In this document: piece after piece, positions 60,201 to 64,000 of the stretch
Numbering within the stretch: the stretch's first letter is position 1
How the letters are laid out: the number at the start of each line of letters is the position of its first letter
Source: Thermoanaerobaculia bacterium
Lineage (GTDB): Bacteria; Acidobacteriota; Thermoanaerobaculia; UBA5066
Length of the DNA: 64,000 nt
Assembly: GCA_963719225.1 (NCBI GenBank)
Contig: CAVRAY010000001.1
Span: 1,952,001 to 2,016,000 of the forward strand
Direction of reading: 5' to 3'
Position numbers and translations under genes: made by a program
The notes under the pieces: model-generated
What the model saw: the letters and a program-made list of their open reading frames with translations, nothing else
Told to the model about the DNA's origin: nothing
Database searches by the model: none

Positions 60201-61097
60201 GAGCTCGTCGCCATGCTCCGCGAGACCTTTCCCCGGTCGATCGAGATCGAGACGTACCTCGAGCCGGGGCTGCCCCCGTTGCCCGTGGACTCCGGCCAGA
60301 TCCACCAGGTTCTCCTCAACGTGTGCGTCAATTCGCGTGACGCGATGCCGGATGGCGGGCACCTTCAGATCACGACGCGACTCCTCCCCGGAGACCAGGT
60401 GCGGCGGCAGTACCCCGAAGCCCAGGCTCCCTGGTACGCGGCCATCGCGGTTTCCGACACGGGTCTCGGTATGGACGAGGAGACCAAGCGGCACATGTTC
60501 GAGCCCTTCTTCACGACGAAGCCGATGGGAAGCGGGAGCGGTCTCGGGCTTGCCGTCGTCTACGGCGTCGTCAGGGCGCACCGGGGATTCGTGGACATCG
60601 TTTCGGATCGGGAGAAGGGCACGACGGTCCGCCTCCTGCTGCCGATCGAGGAGGTCGCCACGAAGCCCGCGATCGCAGCGGCAATTCCGGAGCGGACGGC
60701 CTCGGGCTCGGAGACCATTCTCCTCGTGGAGGACGAGGCGCCGCTTCGCGACGCGGTCAAGGAGCTGCTCGAGGAAGAAGGTTACGCCGTCCTGACGGCC
60801 GGGGACGGAGTCGAAGCCCTCCGGATCTTCGCCGAGAGGCCGGACTTGAAGCTGGTCGTGATGGACCTGGGCCTGCCCCACGTGTCGGGCCTGGAAACTC
60901 TGCAGCGGATGAAGGCGACGAACCCGGCCGTGCGGTGCGTCATCGTGAGCGGGAACCTCGACACCGAGCGCCGTAAGGAGCTGCACAACGCCGGAGTTCT
61001 CGCGACGCTCCGGAAGCCGTATCAGCCGTCCGAGCTCTTCGAAACCGTCCGAAGAGCCCTGGACGAGCCCAAGCCGGAAAAGAACGCTCCCGCCTGA
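57300..61097 (+). CDS. CheB-CheR-coiled coil-PAS-histidine kinase-receiver hybrid
   Basis: GASAGG/QHL/SDG (CheB), TSFFRD...GCSTGEE...SCRNLLIY (CheR), NEELQS repeats, AHDFNN, GSGLGL, LLVEDE...MDL...KPY. Confidence 0.95.
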   Translation: MVKRVVKSAQRSTRAARARPSPKVRRPRAVAPDAARSPEDFPIVAVGASAGGLEAMTELLSNIPSDSGMALVVLQHLDPSRASLLGDLLARSSAMPVRQIRTGLRMESGHVYVAPAATRIDLDGEAFVVTPLQKGHARDLPIDRLFERLATLHGSRVAGVILSGTLSDGARGLQVIKSAGGVTFAQDEVSAKFPDMPHAAAATGSVDFVLPPKEIASHLVTLASHPLVRRETPEGGTQSAYQRILAMLRVASGVSFAHYRQTTVRRRILRRLVLNKIQDLSEYVAYLREHPEEAVAAYEDILIRVTSFFRDPETFDALKKTVFPAFVQEPRHDRIRVWVPGCSTGEEAYSLAIALLEFLPEAEGIRVQIFGTDISEKAIGKARAGIYPEDAFSSVSPERKRRFFTRVNEGYQIARQVRDLCIFARQNVIEDPPFSNIGLVSCRNLLIYLEPVLQSKVIGLFHYALKPSGFLLLGSAEALGDFDDYFSPLDRGNRIFVKHAVPTPVLRGLPGPTRPAEAVPSRPDAGLGGTATTLELQRRADQLVLHEYAPPGVLVDDAFNVIQFRGRTSPYLEPASGTASLNVLKMAREGLMAELRSALLKARKTGRGVRTEGLSIREDGKTRSAALDVTPVRDEPSGMRCFLVLFEGAPERRGEPRKPKPAFRKKEPAPERSPGRLRRELAETKDYLQSMIEQLQASNEELRSANEEILSSNEELQSTNEELETTKEELQSTNEELTVVNEELNTRNALLSRSLEDVEKSRDFAVSILETMREPLAVLDDRWRLTSVNRAFQDMFRTTPESLRGVSLFELGEWREHAALLRDRLDSIAGTPMVITDFPLELVVAGVPRKFMVNASRVRRGPLILLALDDVTERTLLEDELRQVQRLESIGTLAGGVAHDFNNILNIILAHTSLARRLPGDPEKRDASLAAVEGAVKRGSAVVRQLLTFARRSAAANAPIQLNELVEELVAMLRETFPRSIEIETYLEPGLPPLPVDSGQIHQVLLNVCVNSRDAMPDGGHLQITTRLLPGDQVRRQYPEAQAPWYAAIAVSDTGLGMDEETKRHMFEPFFTTKPMGSGSGLGLAVVYGVVRAHRGFVDIVSDREKGTTVRLLLPIEEVATKPAIAAAIPERTASGSETILLVEDEAPLRDAVKELLEEEGYAVLTAGDGVEALRIFAERPDLKLVVMDLGLPHVSGLETLQRMKATNPAVRCVIVSGNLDTERRKELHNAGVLATLRKPYQPSELFETVRRALDEPKPEKNAPA

Positions 61098-61103
61098 GCG
61101 GTT

Positions 61104-63782
61104 TCATTCTCGTCGAAGCGAGCCTGGCGGGTCGCGCGGAAGCGTGGCCAGGAGGTTCACGAGGGCGTCGTAGTCCAGGGGCTTGACCATGTGTTCGTCG
61201 AACCCCGCTTCCTTGGACTTCCGGCGATCCCCGTCCTGGCCCCACCCGGTCAGCGCCACGAGCACCATGTGCTTGCCCCAGGGCTGGCGCCGGATGCGGC
61301 GGGCCGCCTCGTAGCCGTTCAGCACCGGCAGGCCGATGTCGAGCAAGACGACCTCGGGTCGAAACCGCTCCGCCGCCTCGACGGCTTCGAGGCCGTCGTG
61401 AGCCGACACCGTTTCGTTTCCCGTGACCTCCAGGAGCGTGGCAAGCGACTCGGCGCTGTCTTCATCGTCGTCGACGACGAGGATGCGATGAGGCAGCGCC
61501 GGCCGGTCGAATGAGGCCACCGCCGCTTGATCGGGCAGCGACGTGTCGGTCGGGAGCGGCAGGCGCACGACGAACTCGCTTCCCAGACCCGCCCCGTCGC
61601 TGTGGGCTTCCACCTTTCCCTCGTGCAGCTCCACGAGGCGTTTCACGAGCGTGAGGCCGATGCCGAGCCCGCCTTGCGAGCGCTCCCGCGTCCCGGGCGC
61701 CTGCATGAACATGTCGAAGACGTCAGTCAGAGCGTCGGGCGAGATTCCGATGCCCTCGTCCTTGACGGCGATGACGACGTCGTTTCCCTCGCGGGCGGCC
61801 GTCAACCGAATGGGGCTTCCCGGCTCGGAGTACTTGGAGGCGTTGCTCAGGACGTTGCCGAGGACCTGAGCCAGCCGGACGGGATCCGCAAACAGATGGA
61901 TCGGGTCCGCCGGAAGGGTCACCACGACTTCCTGGCGGCGGCTCTCCATCGCCGGACGACAGAGCTCGACGGCGTCGTTCACGACGCGGGCGAGCTCCAC
62001 GTTCTCCCGGCGCAGCTCCAGGCGGTCGCGGGTGATCCGGCTCACGTCGAGAAGGTCGTCCACGAGCCGCGTCACCTGCGTGAGCTGGCGGTCCATGGTC
62101 GCGCGGGCGCGCAGCAGCACCTCGTCGCCGCCGCCCGTGCGCTTGGCGATCTCCAGCGCGTTCCGGAGCGGAGCGAGCGGACTTCTCAGCTCGTGGGCCA
62201 GCAACGCGAGGAACTCGTCCTTCCGCCGGTCGGCTTCCTTGAGCTCGATGAGGAGCCCGTACATCTGCTTCTCGGAGCGCTTGCGCTCCGTGATGTCGCG
62301 GACGATGCCGGTGAAGAAGAGGCGCTCTCCCAGGCGGAACTCGCTCACGGCGAGCTCCATCGGGAACGTGCTGCCGTCCTTCCGGCGGCCCTCGACTTCG
62401 CGCCCGATTCCGATGATCCTCGGCTGTCGCGTGCGGACGTAGCTCGCGACGTAGCCGTCGTGCTCGGCGTGGTACGGCGCTGGCATGAGCATGTTGACGT
62501 TCTGCCCGATCGTCTCCTTCGCCGGGTACCCGAACAGCCGTTCCGCGGCGCGATTGAAGGTCTGGATGCGGCCGCGGTCGTCGATCGTGATGATCCCGTC
62601 CACGACGTTGTCGACGATCGACCGCGTGCGCTCCTCGGCGTCGGCGAGCCGGTCGACCCGCGTCCTTCGGTCCTCCTCTTCGCGCTTTCGGGCCGAGATG
62701 TCCCGGAAGACGAGGACGACGCCGGCAACGCGCCCGATCTGATCGCGGATCGGTGCGGCGCTATCGTCGATCGGCCATTCCTGCCCGGTTTTGGAGATGA
62801 GGATGGTGTGATTCGCAAGGCCGACGACCTGTCCCTTTTCGAGCGCGCGCAGGACCGGGTTCCCGGCGGGCTCCCCGGTTTTCTCGTTGACGATGCGGAA
62901 GACCGTTTCCAAAGGCAGCCCTCGGGCTTCGTCCTCCGTCCATCCGGTCAGGGTCGCCGCCACGGAGTTCAGGAACGTGACTCGCGCCTGGGTGTCCGTC
63001 GCGATCACGGCGTCTCCGATGCTCGTCAACGTCGTCCTGAACCATTCCCGCTGCTCGTGAAGCGCGGCCGCGGCCCGCTGGCGCGCGCCCAGATGTCCCC
63101 GCAGGATCCCGACGAAGCCGGCGAGCGCGGCCAGCCCGAGGAGAGCGGTGGCGACGACGCTCAGGAGCGACGTCTTGTAGCCGCGCTCGCTGGCGTCCCT
63201 GCGTTCCCTCAGCAACGCCCGCTCGTCCGTCTCCATCGCGGCGATGAACGCACGGATCGCGTCCATCCGGCTCGTTCCGAGATGAGTCAGCACCTCGTTT
63301 TGCGCGGCCTCGAGGCCTGCTTTTTTCAGCAGAGCGATCGTGCGGGCAAGCTCGTCCAGCTTCTCGCGGACGAGCACACGAAGCCGCGGGATCCGCGCCG
63401 CCTGCCGGGGGTCGCCGGCGGTCAGGCGCTCGACCGTCGCGAGGCGCTCTTCGACGACGCCAATGGCGTGGCGATACGGCTCGAGATAGCGCTCGTCACC
63501 GGTGATGAGGAAGCCGCGCTCGCCGGTCTCGGCGTCCTTCATCGTGGAGAGAAGGCCGTCGAGCGCGCCCAGAACTTCGTTCGTGTGGGCGACCAGGGCG
63601 GTATCGCTGCGTAGCTGCCGCGTGTTGCGTAACGAGACGCCAGCGACGACCACCATCAGGAGGGCGACGATCCCGAGGCCGGCGATCAGCCACTTGTCGA
63701 ACCTCGGGCTCCCCGGCGTGTCCGCAGGGGAGGGACTCTGGGGCGTAAAGATACGCCCACCTGAGGTGCGACCCAGTCGCAT
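61104..63782 (-). CDS. CHASE3-PAS-PAS histidine kinase-receiver hybrid; start uncertain
   Basis: DAETGERGFLITGDERYLEPY (CHASE3), two PAS domains (one FixL-like with HDGY), LAHELRSPL, GLGIGL, LVVDDD...LDIGLP...KP. Confidence 0.94.
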   Translation of the reverse strand: MRLGRTSGGRIFTPQSPSPADTPGSPRFDKWLIAGLGIVALLMVVVAGVSLRNTRQLRSDTALVAHTNEVLGALDGLLSTMKDAETGERGFLITGDERYLEPYRHAIGVVEERLATVERLTAGDPRQAARIPRLRVLVREKLDELARTIALLKKAGLEAAQNEVLTHLGTSRMDAIRAFIAAMETDERALLRERRDASERGYKTSLLSVVATALLGLAALAGFVGILRGHLGARQRAAAALHEQREWFRTTLTSIGDAVIATDTQARVTFLNSVAATLTGWTEDEARGLPLETVFRIVNEKTGEPAGNPVLRALEKGQVVGLANHTILISKTGQEWPIDDSAAPIRDQIGRVAGVVLVFRDISARKREEEDRRTRVDRLADAEERTRSIVDNVVDGIITIDDRGRIQTFNRAAERLFGYPAKETIGQNVNMLMPAPYHAEHDGYVASYVRTRQPRIIGIGREVEGRRKDGSTFPMELAVSEFRLGERLFFTGIVRDITERKRSEKQMYGLLIELKEADRRKDEFLALLAHELRSPLAPLRNALEIAKRTGGGDEVLLRARATMDRQLTQVTRLVDDLLDVSRITRDRLELRRENVELARVVNDAVELCRPAMESRRQEVVVTLPADPIHLFADPVRLAQVLGNVLSNASKYSEPGSPIRLTAAREGNDVVIAVKDEGIGISPDALTDVFDMFMQAPGTRERSQGGLGIGLTLVKRLVELHEGKVEAHSDGAGLGSEFVVRLPLPTDTSLPDQAAVASFDRPALPHRILVVDDDEDSAESLATLLEVTGNETVSAHDGLEAVEAAERFRPEVVLLDIGLPVLNGYEAARRIRRQPWGKHMVLVALTGWGQDGDRRKSKEAGFDEHMVKPLDYDALVNLLATLPRDPPGSLRRE

Positions 63783-63893
63783 TTGTAAGAAGACGATATC
63801 ACCCGTGGCAACGCCGTGGTCCGGACTTTGCTCACTATCGGCGGGTCGCGTGCAAATCGGAAAGGAGTTCTCGCAGGAGAAAGGAGGGCACCG

Positions 63894-64000
63894 ATGTACG
63901 ACACAGGGCTCGTCTACATTCGCCTTCGTCGCGCCGCGCTCTGCTGTGAAGAGAGCTGTGAAGCTCTTTTCGAGCTGGGCGGACGTGAGGCTCTCGTCGA
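63894..64000 (+). CDS. Start of a small hypothetical protein (runs off the window)
   Basis: Strong RBS AAGGAGG at 63881-63887, ATG at 63894, MYDTGLVYIRLRRAALCCEESCEALFEL open to the edge. Confidence 0.5.
   Translation, partial: MYDTGLVYIRLRRAALCCEESCEALFELGGREALV

Noticed and set aside
57537-60986. Very long antisense or alternate-frame ORFs (also 21-1196, 4023-6287, 18676-20523, 26913-29351, 35066-37285, 61527-63614)
   Set aside because: They shadow well-supported genes, carry no recognisable motifs, and are expected in high-GC DNA where stop codons are rare.

Overview
High-GC (roughly two-thirds G+C, judged by eye) bacterial chromosomal window. The gene content (Hanks kinases with TolB-like/TPR or PEGA domains, a wHTH-FHA regulator, a GloVer-repeat protein with a TPCRLADTR-type C-terminal domain) suggests Acidobacteriota, possibly Thermoanaerobaculia; this is inference. 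It holds about 50 genes: housekeeping genes (hom, lipA, lnt, frameshifted prfB, xerD, guaA), many secreted peptidases (M16 x3, S10, M1), a MazEF-type toxin-antitoxin pair with its operator, a doubly damaged cydAB pair, an intact IS481 with a 6-bp target duplication, hppD-hmgA and two hybrid histidine kinases. Three observations stand out. (1) A dispersed AT/purine-rich motif of about 20-40 bp (GA-rich-ATT(T)CTTAGAAGG-T-AAGA) sits in intergenic DNA, as an inverted pair between convergent genes, and inside coding sequences in different frames, like an undescribed uptake-sequence or chromosome-signal element. (2) An apparently complete ceramide pathway (cerR-spt ... bcerS) lies near an Aur1/IPC-synthase-like PAP2 gene and a NfeD-stomatin pair. 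(3) Leaderless genes are frequent, with a -10 box 6-7 nt before the start codon. No rRNA, tRNA or CRISPR array was seen.
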